32,000 nucleotides of DNA from Erysipelotrichaceae bacterium. GTDB taxonomy: Bacteria > Bacillota_I > Bacilli_A > Erysipelotrichales > Coprobacillaceae. Both the position numbers and the translations under genes were made by a program. The stretch lies in NCBI GenBank assembly GCA_028698185.1, contig JAQVDW010000001.1:120001-152000 (forward strand). Reading direction: 5' to 3'. Of the stretch, positions 16,547 through 25,239 are shown in pieces. Each line of letters opens with the position of its first letter. Position 1 is the first letter of the stretch. The notes beneath the pieces are model-generated. The model saw only the letters and a program-made list of their open reading frames with translations, did no database searches and had not been told where the DNA came from.

Positions 16547-17033
16547 TTACCCGTTCTTCTTTGATGTAGTTGAGCACCAGCATCTTCAACTCTTCCAGCT
16601 GCTTTTGACATCCAAAAACGGTATCGTCAACGCTGACAACCGGAGCCAAACCGCATGCCCCAACACAACGGGTCGCGTCGATGGAAAACAATCCGTCGGA
16701 ACTTGTTCCATTGACCGGGCATCCCGTCATCTCGCTAAGCAATTCCAAAATGGTCTGGGAACCATTGACATAACATGCCGTACCCAGACAAACTCCGATG
16801 ACGTGTTTTCCTTTAGGCTCAGTGGTGAACTGGGAATAGAATGTGACTACTCCGTATATGTCCGCCGCCGAACGATTTGTAGCCTCTGAAATGGCTTCGA
16901 TCGCCTCAAAAGGGATGTAACCCAATTCCTTTTGGACTTCGTGAAGCATTAATTTTACCGGACCTGGTTTGTCCTGATGCATCTTTACGATTTCATCAAT
17001 CCTAACCAGATATTCTTCTTTTATCTTTTTCAT
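16539..17033 (-). CDS. hydC: NuoE-like 2Fe-2S subunit of the hydrogenase (HydC/HndA-like)
   Basis: ORF trimmed to the ATG at 17031-17033 (MKKIKEEYL...), preceded by GAGGTGA. Cys pattern CLGTACYVNG ... CVGACGLAPV. Confidence 0.88.
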   Translation of the reverse strand: MKKIKEEYLVRIDEIVKMHQDKPGPVKLMLHEVQKELGYIPFEAIEAISEATNRSAADIYGVVTFYSQFTTEPKGKHVIGVCLGTACYVNGSQTILELLSEMTGCPVNGTSSDGLFSIDATRCVGACGLAPVVSVDDTVFGCQKQLEELKMLVLNYIKEERVNG

Positions 17034-17053
17034 TATCTCACCTCTTTTTGATA

Positions 17054-17082
17054 ATTTTATCACAATTTGGAAGGGCTATCAA
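17054..17082 (-). promoter_or_regulatory. Sigma-A promoter of the hydrogenase operon: -35 TTGATA, 17-nt spacer, TGa-extended -10 TAAAAT
   Basis: Minus strand: TTGATA gcccttccaaattgtga TAAAAT, with the -10 ending about 20 nt before the ATG. It overlaps the palindrome TGATAAaaTTATCA (17049-17062). Confidence 0.6.
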
Positions 17083-17142
17083 CTTATTTTTTGGTCAAAA
17101 AATCGCGTTTGTATTATTGTACTATGATTGATTCAAGTGTAA

Positions 17143-17172
17143 CCAAAAAAAATCAAGCCTGGGGGCTTGATT
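17143..17172 (-). terminator. Rho-independent terminator after thiI
   Basis: Minus strand: AATCAAGCC ccca GGCTTGATT followed by TTTTTTTGG. The stem touches the thiI stop codon. Confidence 0.8.
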
Positions 17173-18371
17173 TAGAAGAATTCATCATCGGTCTTGAAAT
17201 AGCTGTCGTTGATTGTCAATGTTTCCACCTGTTCGACGCATTCGTCGACCAGTGCTTCAAAATCGAAGTTGGATTCATAATGACGGGCCTTATGCCGGGT
17301 CGGCTTCGTTGCCGGCTGTTTTGGCGTGAATATCGTGCAACAGTCCTCATGGGGCCGGATGGAGATATCATAAGTGCCGATTTTCGTGGCGATATCGATA
17401 ATCTCCAGCTTGTCAAGACAGACAACCGGGCGGATCACCGGAGTGTCGATGACTTCATTGATTGTCGCCATCGAATGCAAGGTCTGGGATGCCACCTGAC
17501 CGATGCTTTCCCCGTTGACCAGCACCAGGCAACCGTTTTTTTCGGCCAGCTTTTCACAGACACGGTACATCATCCGACGCATTACCGTCATTGCGTACGA
17601 CTCGTCACAGTTGTCATAGACAGCCAGCTGCAACCTGGTGAACGGAACCACATGGACCTTGATTGTGCCGTGGCTGTATTCTCGCAACACATCGGCGAGG
17701 TCGATAACTTTCTGCTTGGCAAAATCATTCGTGTACGGTGGCGCCGCAAAATGGACACACTCAAGATCGACGCCGCGTTTCATGGTGAGATACCCTGCTA
17801 CTGGCGAATCGATCCCGCCACTTAGCATAAGCAAGGCTTTACCGCCCACTCCCACCGGATAGCCCCCGGCACCCTTGATGGTGTTGTCCATCACATAAAT
17901 GGCATCCTGGCGAATTTCAACGCGTACCAGTATATCGGGATTGATGACGTTGACCTTGAGTTCCTTCTGGCAGTTGTGGAAAACATGGCCGGCAATTTCG
18001 CGGTTTATCTCCTGCGAGCTGCCTGGGAAATTCTTGTCGGAACGTTTCGTGTCGATTTTGAAAGTCGTACCGGGATTATCCTCGATTATCTTGACCACGA
18101 CCGCTTTGGCTGCTTCTAGATCCTTTTCCATCTTGTATGCCACGGAAAAAGAATGGATTCCAAAAACGTTTTTCAATTTTGCGACAACCGGTTCCTTCGC
18201 GGCTCCGTTGAGGATCACATACATCCGATCATGGGTCAGCTGATATGTCAGCTGTTCGAATTCCCCAAGCTGTTCCTTGGAGTTTTTCAATAGTTTTCTG
18301 GTGAATATTTTGCGATTCTTCCCTTTGGTAGTCAATTCCCCAAAGCGGACCAATATATAATTTGCTTCCAT
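17172..18371 (-). CDS. thiI: tRNA 4-thiouridine synthase ThiI (no rhodanese domain)
   Basis: 399 aa. N-terminal ferredoxin-like/THUMP region (LVRFGELTTKGKNR) and PP-loop SGGIDSPVA. Confidence 0.93.
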   Translation of the reverse strand: MEANYILVRFGELTTKGKNRKIFTRKLLKNSKEQLGEFEQLTYQLTHDRMYVILNGAAKEPVVAKLKNVFGIHSFSVAYKMEKDLEAAKAVVVKIIEDNPGTTFKIDTKRSDKNFPGSSQEINREIAGHVFHNCQKELKVNVINPDILVRVEIRQDAIYVMDNTIKGAGGYPVGVGGKALLMLSGGIDSPVAGYLTMKRGVDLECVHFAAPPYTNDFAKQKVIDLADVLREYSHGTIKVHVVPFTRLQLAVYDNCDESYAMTVMRRMMYRVCEKLAEKNGCLVLVNGESIGQVASQTLHSMATINEVIDTPVIRPVVCLDKLEIIDIATKIGTYDISIRPHEDCCTIFTPKQPATKPTRHKARHYESNFDFEALVDECVEQVETLTINDSYFKTDDEFF

Positions 18372-18373
18372 TT

Positions 18374-19507
18374 TTACCTGCTTTTTCTGATTTTTTCTTT
18401 TATCTGGCTCAACGCTTTGGCCAATGTGGCCACATCCTCAAGGCTCGTTTCCAGTGAAAAGGAGATCCTGAAGGCGCTTGATGCGATCTCATTTGCAAGG
18501 CCTAGCTGCTCGATCACCCGCGAAACCCCGGGATTTCTTGTCGAACAGGCCGATTTGGTCGAGATCAGAAGACCGGAAGCCTCCAGCTCATGCAAAATGA
18601 CCTCGGGTTTGTAGCCGACCATGGCGATCGAAACAATCGACGGCAACGCGTCGTCACTCGAGATGATCTTCACATCTTCAATAGTCGAAATTTGCTTCAG
18701 GAAATGTTCCTTGAGTTTGGCCGTGTGCAAAAGATGTTGCTTCTGTCTTGCCAGGGCATTCTTGAGAGTCTTGGCTAGGATGATGTTGGCTGGAGCATTG
18801 TGGGTTCCCGCCCGCAAGCCAAATTCCTGGTTCCCGCCGTGGATCAGCGGTTCAAGGTTGACTCCTTTGCGTCTGTACAAGAGTCCCGACCCTTTGACTC
18901 CGTGGAGCTTGTGGGCTGAAAACGAGGCCAAGTCGATGCCAGTAAGATCGCATGGAAGTTTGGCAAGCGACTGGACCATGTCGACATGAAGGAAACACTT
19001 TGGATGTCTGGCAACGATGGCCTTGATGGCATCAAGGGGATTTATCGCCCCGACCTCGTTGTTGACGTGCATCAGGCTGACAAGGATGGTGTCCTCGCGG
19101 ATGGCGTTTTCCAGCTGGGCCGGGTCGATTTTCCCGCCTTTATCAACTGGAAGGTATGTGATCTCGAAATCAAAATAAGTTTCAAGATATTCCAAAGTGG
19201 CCATGATCGAAGAATGTTCAACAGCGCTTGAGATGATATGTCTGCCCCGGTTGCGGTATTTCAAGGCAATGCCTTTAAGCGCCATATTGTTGGCTTCGCT
19301 CCCTCCGCTGGTGAAAATCAGCTCTTCGCTGGCGACATTGAGCATGGCCGCCAGATTGCCCCGGGATTTTTCCTGGAGCCGGTTGACTTCAATCCCCTGA
19401 TTGTAGAGGCTTTCGCTGTTGTAGAAATATTTTTCAACAAGCTGACAGTAACCTTCAGCGATGTCTTTGGCTACCGGTGTGGTCGCCGCGTAATCAAAAT
19501 AAATCAT
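18374..19507 (-). CDS. Class V aminotransferase-fold cysteine desulfurase (NifS/NifZ/IscS-like)
   Basis: 377 aa. PLP lysine context SFSAHKLHG and active-site Cys loop STKSACS. It sits directly upstream of thiI, like nifZ-thiI in Bacillus. Confidence 0.88.
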   Translation of the reverse strand: MIYFDYAATTPVAKDIAEGYCQLVEKYFYNSESLYNQGIEVNRLQEKSRGNLAAMLNVASEELIFTSGGSEANNMALKGIALKYRNRGRHIISSAVEHSSIMATLEYLETYFDFEITYLPVDKGGKIDPAQLENAIREDTILVSLMHVNNEVGAINPLDAIKAIVARHPKCFLHVDMVQSLAKLPCDLTGIDLASFSAHKLHGVKGSGLLYRRKGVNLEPLIHGGNQEFGLRAGTHNAPANIILAKTLKNALARQKQHLLHTAKLKEHFLKQISTIEDVKIISSDDALPSIVSIAMVGYKPEVILHELEASGLLISTKSACSTRNPGVSRVIEQLGLANEIASSAFRISFSLETSLEDVATLAKALSQIKEKIRKSR

Positions 19508-21247
19508 CTATTCTCCTTCTTTGGACATGATCAGTTTTTCGTATGAACCCGGAGCGATTTTTTCGATGATGTCGACCGCGACTTTCAAGGCATTCGTGTA
19601 TTCCCCGTTGCGATAAAGCAACTCCGCCCGGGTCAGTTCAGTATTGACTTCGAGGAAACTGTGGCGGTAGCGATTGCCAAACATGATGGCTTCTTCGACC
19701 ATCTGGGCGGTGACGATCAGATGGTGGACATTGTCATAGAGCTTGTAAATGACATCGCGGGCGGCATCAACCTGAAGCGAAAGTTCTTCGAGATTGATCG
19801 GCCGGACCTTGGTCACTTTCAAGATGGCCTCGGCTTTGGCATAGGAATCCTCGATATAATCCTTGTACGATTCGTTTATCATCGGAAGATGGTTGTTTGA
19901 TATTTCCGACTTGATTTCCAACAGGACGATGGAAATGTTGTCGAGTTCGTCAAGCGCCCTTTTCTCCTGGATTTTAAGGTTTTCGTCAACAATATAGTAT
20001 TTTTCGATATTGCTTGCGACATGGTTGCAATGGGCAATCAGATCGTCGAAATCACGAAGCATCCTGGAGAAGGCGAATTCCTTTTCAAGAATCGTCCGTT
20101 CCAATTCCTCTTTGCGTTTCTGGATCTCCCTGATCTGCTCGAGATCTTTTTCAACGGTGATGCCATATCCTTCGATCACATAGTTTTCCTTTAGTTGTCC
20201 ATAGTCACGTTTGACCTTGATGGCCGCTCTTGCCAGGTTCTCAACCGCGTCAAAGCACTTGTCCTTGCGGCTGGCATAGCTGTCGAAAGCCACCTGTTCT
20301 TCAGTGAAGTCGCTAAGCAGGCTGTTTAGATCTTTGCTTGTCAGGTTGATTTTTTCTTCAAGCCCTTCAAGATCGAGACTTTTAAGCTGGGTCGCCTGGC
20401 TTGCCAGGTCGTCTGTTATCTTGTCGAAACGGCTCGATGCGTCCAAAAGGTTGATCGCAAATCCTCTTTCGACAAGCTCATCCTTGCGTCTGGTCACCAG
20501 GTCGACCTGCCCTGGGAGATAGTTCTTGCAAAGATCCGTCAGCTTGGAGATGGTGTCGAGGTTGGTACTCAAAAACTCTATTTTCTCTTTGACGGTCTGG
20601 GTGAACGATTTGGCTTCGAGATATTTCTGGGCATTCATCATTTCCTCGATATCGATGAAATCCTGGTCGATCTCATTGATCTTTTCCTTGACTGCCGGCA
20701 CGTAATCCTCAATCTTGTAACGCAGCGAATTGTAGCGGTCGAAAAGGTTGCGGTAGTCTTCCTTGGTGGCGATGATCACCAGCCGCTGGTCGTTTTCGAT
20801 TTCTGTGATTTCCTCAATCCGCCCCAACAATTGGGTCGAACTGTTGCGGTATTGGGTAACGGCCTTTTCCAGGTGCCTTAGATCCTTTTTCACGCCTCTT
20901 AATTTGCGGTAATATGTTCTTTCATCAAGATCCCTTAAAAGAGTGAGAATGTCGTTCTGGCTGTTTGTCTCGATTGTATCGAATTCGGTTTCGAGATCCT
21001 GATACTGCTCAAGAATCTCCGGTGCGTTCTGGCCGATAGCCTTGACCCGTCCCAAACGATAGCGGATCGGCAGGGTCCTGATTGAATTGATCTCATCCTC
21101 AAAAAAAACGACCTTCTTGCGGTACTTGCGAATCAGGATGCCCCGATAGAAGATACCCAATCCCCCCAAAGCAATCACTGAAATCACAGAAATGAAAATC
21201 ATCGTATTGTTACCGTTCGCAAAAAAACGGTTTATCATATCTTCCAT
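19508..21247 (-). CDS. ezrA: Septation ring formation regulator EzrA
   Basis: 579 aa. Single N-terminal TM helix (MIFISVISVIALGGLGIFY) followed by long coiled-coil repeats. Neighbours nifZ-thiI, as in Bacillus. GGGGGA RBS before the ATG at 21245-21247. Confidence 0.85.
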   Translation of the reverse strand: MEDMINRFFANGNNTMIFISVISVIALGGLGIFYRGILIRKYRKKVVFFEDEINSIRTLPIRYRLGRVKAIGQNAPEILEQYQDLETEFDTIETNSQNDILTLLRDLDERTYYRKLRGVKKDLRHLEKAVTQYRNSSTQLLGRIEEITEIENDQRLVIIATKEDYRNLFDRYNSLRYKIEDYVPAVKEKINEIDQDFIDIEEMMNAQKYLEAKSFTQTVKEKIEFLSTNLDTISKLTDLCKNYLPGQVDLVTRRKDELVERGFAINLLDASSRFDKITDDLASQATQLKSLDLEGLEEKINLTSKDLNSLLSDFTEEQVAFDSYASRKDKCFDAVENLARAAIKVKRDYGQLKENYVIEGYGITVEKDLEQIREIQKRKEELERTILEKEFAFSRMLRDFDDLIAHCNHVASNIEKYYIVDENLKIQEKRALDELDNISIVLLEIKSEISNNHLPMINESYKDYIEDSYAKAEAILKVTKVRPINLEELSLQVDAARDVIYKLYDNVHHLIVTAQMVEEAIMFGNRYRHSFLEVNTELTRAELLYRNGEYTNALKVAVDIIEKIAPGSYEKLIMSKEGE

Positions 21248-22161
21248 GGTGTTTCCCCCTTGATAATAATTTTTCTATCAGTGTCGAGCTGGTCGATCAG
21301 CTGATCAAGAGAAGCGAATTTCACTTCTTCACGGATGTATTTGAGAAATTCGACTTGGACAATTTCCCCATATATGTCCTTGGTGTAATCGAAGACATTG
21401 ACCTCGAGAACGAGCTTGTCTAGAGTCTCCACGGTTGGATTTAGTCCAACGTTGGCCATGGCAAGGTGCGCATGGCCGTCAATCACGATATTTACAGCAT
21501 AGACACCCCGCTTGGGTATCAGATAGCTGCCATAATCGATGTTCGCCGTGGGAAAACCGATCCTCTTGCCAAGCTGCTTGCCATAGACGACCCGCCCGGT
21601 CACCCTGTAGGGCCGGCCTAGCAGGTTGTTGGCCTGGACGATATCACCTTTTTTTAGCAGTTGCTTGATGTGGGTCGATGCGATCTTGTGGTGGTTGTAC
21701 TCTTTTTTTGACACCACCGAAAGCGAGAAAAGATGGCCATATTTGGCCAAAGTCTGGCTTGTCCCAAGGCCCTTTTTGCCAAAGGTGTAGTCAAAGCCGC
21801 ATACGAGATGTCTGAAATTGAGCGGCCGCAGGTAACTCTCGATAAAATCATGAGCCGAGCAGTTTTGCAGATGCTCATTGAATTCCAGGACAATGAAATA
21901 ATCAATGCCTAGCATCTTGGTGAAGGCAATCTTGTCATCTACCGACATCAGATACTCTTCCTTTTGCTTTGTCAGGAATGTCTTTGGCTGGACGTCGAAA
22001 GTCAAAACTGCGGTTTTCAGGTTTTCTTTTTGGCCACAGAGCTTGACTTCCTCAAGCAAGGCCAAATGACCCAAATGCATGCCATCGAAAAAACCAAGAG
22101 CTGCGACTCCAGGTTCAAGATCGACATCGACACCGCCATTGATCTTGATCACTTCCATCAA
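21235..22161 (-). CDS. ribF: Bifunctional riboflavin kinase / FMN adenylyltransferase
   Basis: 308 aa. GFFDGMHLGH nucleotidyltransferase motif and a C-terminal riboflavin kinase domain (GFPTANI...). Confidence 0.94.
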   Translation of the reverse strand: MMEVIKINGGVDVDLEPGVAALGFFDGMHLGHLALLEEVKLCGQKENLKTAVLTFDVQPKTFLTKQKEEYLMSVDDKIAFTKMLGIDYFIVLEFNEHLQNCSAHDFIESYLRPLNFRHLVCGFDYTFGKKGLGTSQTLAKYGHLFSLSVVSKKEYNHHKIASTHIKQLLKKGDIVQANNLLGRPYRVTGRVVYGKQLGKRIGFPTANIDYGSYLIPKRGVYAVNIVIDGHAHLAMANVGLNPTVETLDKLVLEVNVFDYTKDIYGEIVQVEFLKYIREEVKFASLDQLIDQLDTDRKIIIKGETPWKI

Positions 22162-22997
22162 AACAGACCTCTCACGCTGCGCAGATACCCCTGAGAGTCG
22201 CTGCGATAGATGGCCAGGATCTTACCCTGGTCGTTGTATACCGCGACATCGCCTTTCAGGTCGGATTCGATCGGTTTGCCGTGGATAACGATCTTCTCAT
22301 CCACGGTAATCGACGGATAACCCTTTAGCGCCGATTCGATCGGCAGGATTTCGTACTCGTTGTTTTTGAACTGTTCGATGGTAACCGCGTCTTCAAGCGA
22401 AAAACTCCCGGCTTGCAGGCGGACCAGATCGCTCATAAGTCCGATGGTCCCGAGTTTTGCCGCGATATCGACGCATAGCGAACGGATATAGGTGCCCTTC
22501 GAACAGGCAACCTTGAATTCGATCACATTGTCCTGGTAGCCTATCAGCTCGATGGCCGTGATCGTGATCTGCCGGGGCTCGATTTCCACCGCCTCATTGT
22601 TGCGGGCATACTCATAGAGTTTCTTGCCCTTGACTTTCAATGCCGAATAGATCGGGGGCACCTGTTCACTTTGACCCAGGAAACTTTCCAAGGCCTGAAC
22701 AATTTCCTCGCGGGAATACTGTCTTACCTCCTGGCGTTCGAGTATCTCGCCTGAGATGTCGAACGTGTCACTGGCCAATCCCAATGTGAGCTTGGCCTGA
22801 TAGACCTTGGCGTCGTTCGAAATGAACTGCAATGTCTTGGTCGCCTTGTTGACGCACAGCACCAACAATCCGGTGGCATCGGGATCGAGAGTCCCGCCAT
22901 GCCCCACTTTTTTAGTATGCAATACCTTGCGCGCGATGTTGACAACATCATGCGAGGTATATCCTTTTTCCTTGTTTATCAATATTATTCCATTCAT
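22158..22997 (-). CDS. truB: tRNA pseudouridine(55) synthase
   Basis: 279 aa. GHGGTLDP catalytic Asp motif. ATGA overlap with ribF. GGTGA RBS. Confidence 0.94.
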   Translation of the reverse strand: MNGIILINKEKGYTSHDVVNIARKVLHTKKVGHGGTLDPDATGLLVLCVNKATKTLQFISNDAKVYQAKLTLGLASDTFDISGEILERQEVRQYSREEIVQALESFLGQSEQVPPIYSALKVKGKKLYEYARNNEAVEIEPRQITITAIELIGYQDNVIEFKVACSKGTYIRSLCVDIAAKLGTIGLMSDLVRLQAGSFSLEDAVTIEQFKNNEYEILPIESALKGYPSITVDEKIVIHGKPIESDLKGDVAVYNDQGKILAIYRSDSQGYLRSVRGLF

Positions 22998-23012
22998 ATT
23001 ATCACCTTTTTC

Positions 23013-23041
23013 ATTTTATCAAAATCCGGCCCTGTTTACAA
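23013..23041 (-). promoter_or_regulatory. Sigma-A promoter for truB: -35 TTGTAA, 17-nt spacer, TGa-extended -10 TAAAAT
   Basis: Minus strand: TTGTAA acagggccggattttga TAAAAT, with the -10 ending 15 nt before the ATG. Confidence 0.6.
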
Positions 23042-23091
23042 TTAAACTATTCAAATTGCCCAATTAAATGTGCTCGAAACTATCAAATAAG

Positions 23092-23120
23092 TTGCGTTTA
23101 TGGAAAAATTTCGATATGAT
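23092..23120 (+). promoter_or_regulatory. Putative promoter for the ttcA-like gene: -35 TTGCGT, 17-nt spacer, -10 TATGAT
   Basis: Plus strand: TTGCGT ttatggaaaaatttcga TATGAT. The ORF-track ATG at 23100 lies inside this spacer, which supports the downstream start. Confidence 0.5.
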
Positions 23121-23135
23121 AAGGCAGGTGATAAA

Positions 23136-23867
23136 ATGTCAATGAGAAAAGTATTAGGCTGTATCCGTAAAGCCGATGAAGAATTTAAACTTATAGAAGA
23201 AGGCGACCGCATCTGTGTCGGGGTTTCCGGCGGGAAGGATTCCAGTTTGCTGCTCTACGCCCTTGGTCTTTACCGCAAATTTTGCAAGGTGAATTTCGAG
23301 GTGGTCGGAGTCCATGTCGAGATGAGCTTTGGCGGCATGGATTTTAGCGAAGCCGACGAATTTTTCAAGAAAAACGATATCCCGTTCCACCACGAACCAA
23401 GCAATATCGCGGAGATCCTGGAAGCCCAGAAGACCGATGACGGCCGGTTCAAATGTTCCCTTTGTTCGAAACTTAAAAAAGCGACCGTGATCGAAGGCGC
23501 GAAGAAATACGGCTGCAACAAGGTCGCATTCGGACATCATGGCGATGATGCGGTGGAAACCCTGTTCATGAACATGATCTATGGCGGGGCAATCGCCACA
23601 TTCGTTCCAAAGATGTATATGGACCGCACCGATGTCACTTTCATCCGGCCGCTGGTCCTGGCTTACGAGAGCGATATCGTCGCCGCAAGCAACGAGGCAA
23701 GCATTCCCGTTGTCATCTCGACCTGTCCCGAAGACAAGCAGACCAAACGCGAGGAGTTCAAGCACCTGCTTCACGATCTTTACCAGAAATACCCGATGGC
23801 CAAGCACAATCTGCTTCTCGCGCTCAAAAACGAGGAACAGGTCCGTCTGTGGACCCATGACAACTAA
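23136..23867 (+). CDS. ttcA: PP-loop ATPase of the TtcA family (tRNA 2-thiocytidine synthetase-like)
   Basis: SGGKDS PP-loop, CSLCSKLKK CxxC motif, GHHGDD, third Cys in ISTCPED. The start was moved to the ATG at 23136 (MSMRKVL...), preceded by GGTGA. Confidence 0.8.
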   Translation: MSMRKVLGCIRKADEEFKLIEEGDRICVGVSGGKDSSLLLYALGLYRKFCKVNFEVVGVHVEMSFGGMDFSEADEFFKKNDIPFHHEPSNIAEILEAQKTDDGRFKCSLCSKLKKATVIEGAKKYGCNKVAFGHHGDDAVETLFMNMIYGGAIATFVPKMYMDRTDVTFIRPLVLAYESDIVAASNEASIPVVISTCPEDKQTKREEFKHLLHDLYQKYPMAKHNLLLALKNEEQVRLWTHDN

Positions 23868-23891
23868 GATGATGAAAATCATCTTTTTTTG
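23866..23891 (+). terminator. Rho-independent terminator after the ttcA-like gene
   Basis: AAGATGAT gaaa ATCATCTT followed by TTTTTT. The stem begins in the stop codon. Confidence 0.8.
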
Positions 23892-23912
23892 TGCCTTCAC
23901 TTTTCCTGGCAA

Positions 23913-23937
23913 CAAAAAAAGCATCCTAAAGATGCTT
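23913..23937 (-). terminator. Rho-independent terminator after tyrS
   Basis: Minus strand: AAGCATC tttag GATGCTT followed by TTTTTTGTT. The tyrS stop codon lies in the loop. Confidence 0.75.
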
Positions 23938-25152
23938 GATTACGAAATATTTCTTCTTGCCGCGGCGGATTACCGTCGCTTCCTGGTTGAAGGCATTGGC
24001 CTTGGCTACGACAAATTCAAGGTCGGTGACCTTGACTCCGTTGACTAGAACCGAACCGTTCGCGACGAATTCGCGGGCTTCCCGTTTCGATTGCGCCCCT
24101 TTGCATGCCACCAGGGCATCTAGAATCATCAGATCCTCATTCACTTCGACACTTGGCACATTCGCAAATGCGGCATTGATGGTGTTGATGTCCAGGTTTT
24201 GGATGTTTCCACTAAACAATGCCGCAGTCACATCAAGAGCCTCCTGGTAGGCATCTTCGCCGTGCAGGTAGGTGATTACTTCCTGGGCTAGTGCCTTCTG
24301 GGCAATGCGCAGATGTGGCGCTTCGCTGTGTTCCGTTTCGATTTGTTCAATCTGTTCTCTGGTCAGGAATGTCAGGAATTTAAGATAGTCGATGACCTTT
24401 TCATCTTCGGCATTGAAGAAAAACTGGTACATCTCGTAAGGCGAAGTCTTCTCGCGGTTGAGCCAGATGGCCTTCCCTTCCGATTTTCCAAACTTTGTTC
24501 CATCCGATTTGGTCAAAAGCGGCATGGTGAAGCCAAAACATTCGTCACCGCTGGTTCTGCGGATCAGTTCGATTCCGGCAGTGATGTTGCCCCATTGGTC
24601 CTGCCCGGCAACCTGCAAATCGACTCCCTTGTTTTCATGAAGCCATTTGAAGTCCATCGCCTGAAGCAGCATGTATGAGAATTCGGTATAAGTTATTCCC
24701 GTATCGAGACGCCGCTTGATGATGTCTTTTCCAAGCATGTAGTTGATGTTGAAGTATTTTCCAATATCCCGCAAAAAGTCGATGAAGTTGATATCCTTGT
24801 ACCAGTCGTAATTGTTGACAACCTCGAAGCCAAAAATGTCGATCGCCTGTTTTTTAAGGCATTCGAAGTTGTGTTCAACTTCTTCCTTGGTGATCATCGG
24901 CCGTTCGCTTGACGGACGGGGATCGCCGATCAGACCGGTTCCCCCACCGACAAGCAGAATCGGATTGTGGCCAGCGTTTTTCAATCTTTTCGATATTAAA
25001 AATGATGAATAATGGCCAATATGAAGACTGTCGCCAGTTGGATCGGTTCCGATATAAAACGTCATACCGCCCTGGTTAAGTTTCTCTTTCAATTCGGGCG
25101 AGCTGATATCCTTGATTAAACCGCGCCACACAAGTTCTTCGTAAATATTCAT
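23926..25152 (-). CDS. tyrS: Tyrosine--tRNA ligase
   Basis: ORF trimmed to the ATG at 25150-25152 (MNIYEELVWRG...), 4 nt after AGGAGG. HIGH motif (LHIGHY), KFGKS, C-terminal S4-like domain. Confidence 0.95.
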   Translation of the reverse strand: MNIYEELVWRGLIKDISSPELKEKLNQGGMTFYIGTDPTGDSLHIGHYSSFLISKRLKNAGHNPILLVGGGTGLIGDPRPSSERPMITKEEVEHNFECLKKQAIDIFGFEVVNNYDWYKDINFIDFLRDIGKYFNINYMLGKDIIKRRLDTGITYTEFSYMLLQAMDFKWLHENKGVDLQVAGQDQWGNITAGIELIRRTSGDECFGFTMPLLTKSDGTKFGKSEGKAIWLNREKTSPYEMYQFFFNAEDEKVIDYLKFLTFLTREQIEQIETEHSEAPHLRIAQKALAQEVITYLHGEDAYQEALDVTAALFSGNIQNLDINTINAAFANVPSVEVNEDLMILDALVACKGAQSKREAREFVANGSVLVNGVKVTDLEFVVAKANAFNQEATVIRRGKKKYFVIKHL

Positions 25153-25165
25153 ATAACCTCCTAAT

Positions 25166-25196
25166 AAAAAAGGGTTCATTTTTATGAGCCCTTTTT
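25166..25196 (-). terminator. Strong hairpin with T-tract between the ccpA-like gene and the tyrS RBS (terminator or attenuator)
   Basis: Minus strand: AAAAAGGGCTCAT aaaa ATGAACCCTTTTT (13-bp stem, one mismatch), then TATTAGGAGG. Confidence 0.65.
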
Positions 25197-25239
25197 CTCA
25201 CTATTACAAGTATAGTGGAATTGTCCTAAAAAAACAATC

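Noticed and set aside
17067-17825. A 252-aa plus-strand ORF antisense to thiI. Similar long antisense ORFs occur at 4916-5623, 5929-6489, 9829-10365, 2034-2543 and 30992-31513.
   Set aside because: All lie inside well-supported minus-strand genes, lack RBS or promoter context and have shadow-frame composition.
23154-23924. A 256-aa minus-strand ORF covering the ttcA-like gene
   Set aside because: The plus-strand frame carries SGGKDS, CxxC and GHHGDD family motifs, a promoter, an RBS and a terminator. The minus-strand frame has no recognisable motif and is a shadow ORF.
25153-25239. A T-box riboswitch upstream of tyrS
   Set aside because: The 87-nt gap is too short, and no specifier-loop or T-box sequence is visible. 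Only a simple hairpin is present.
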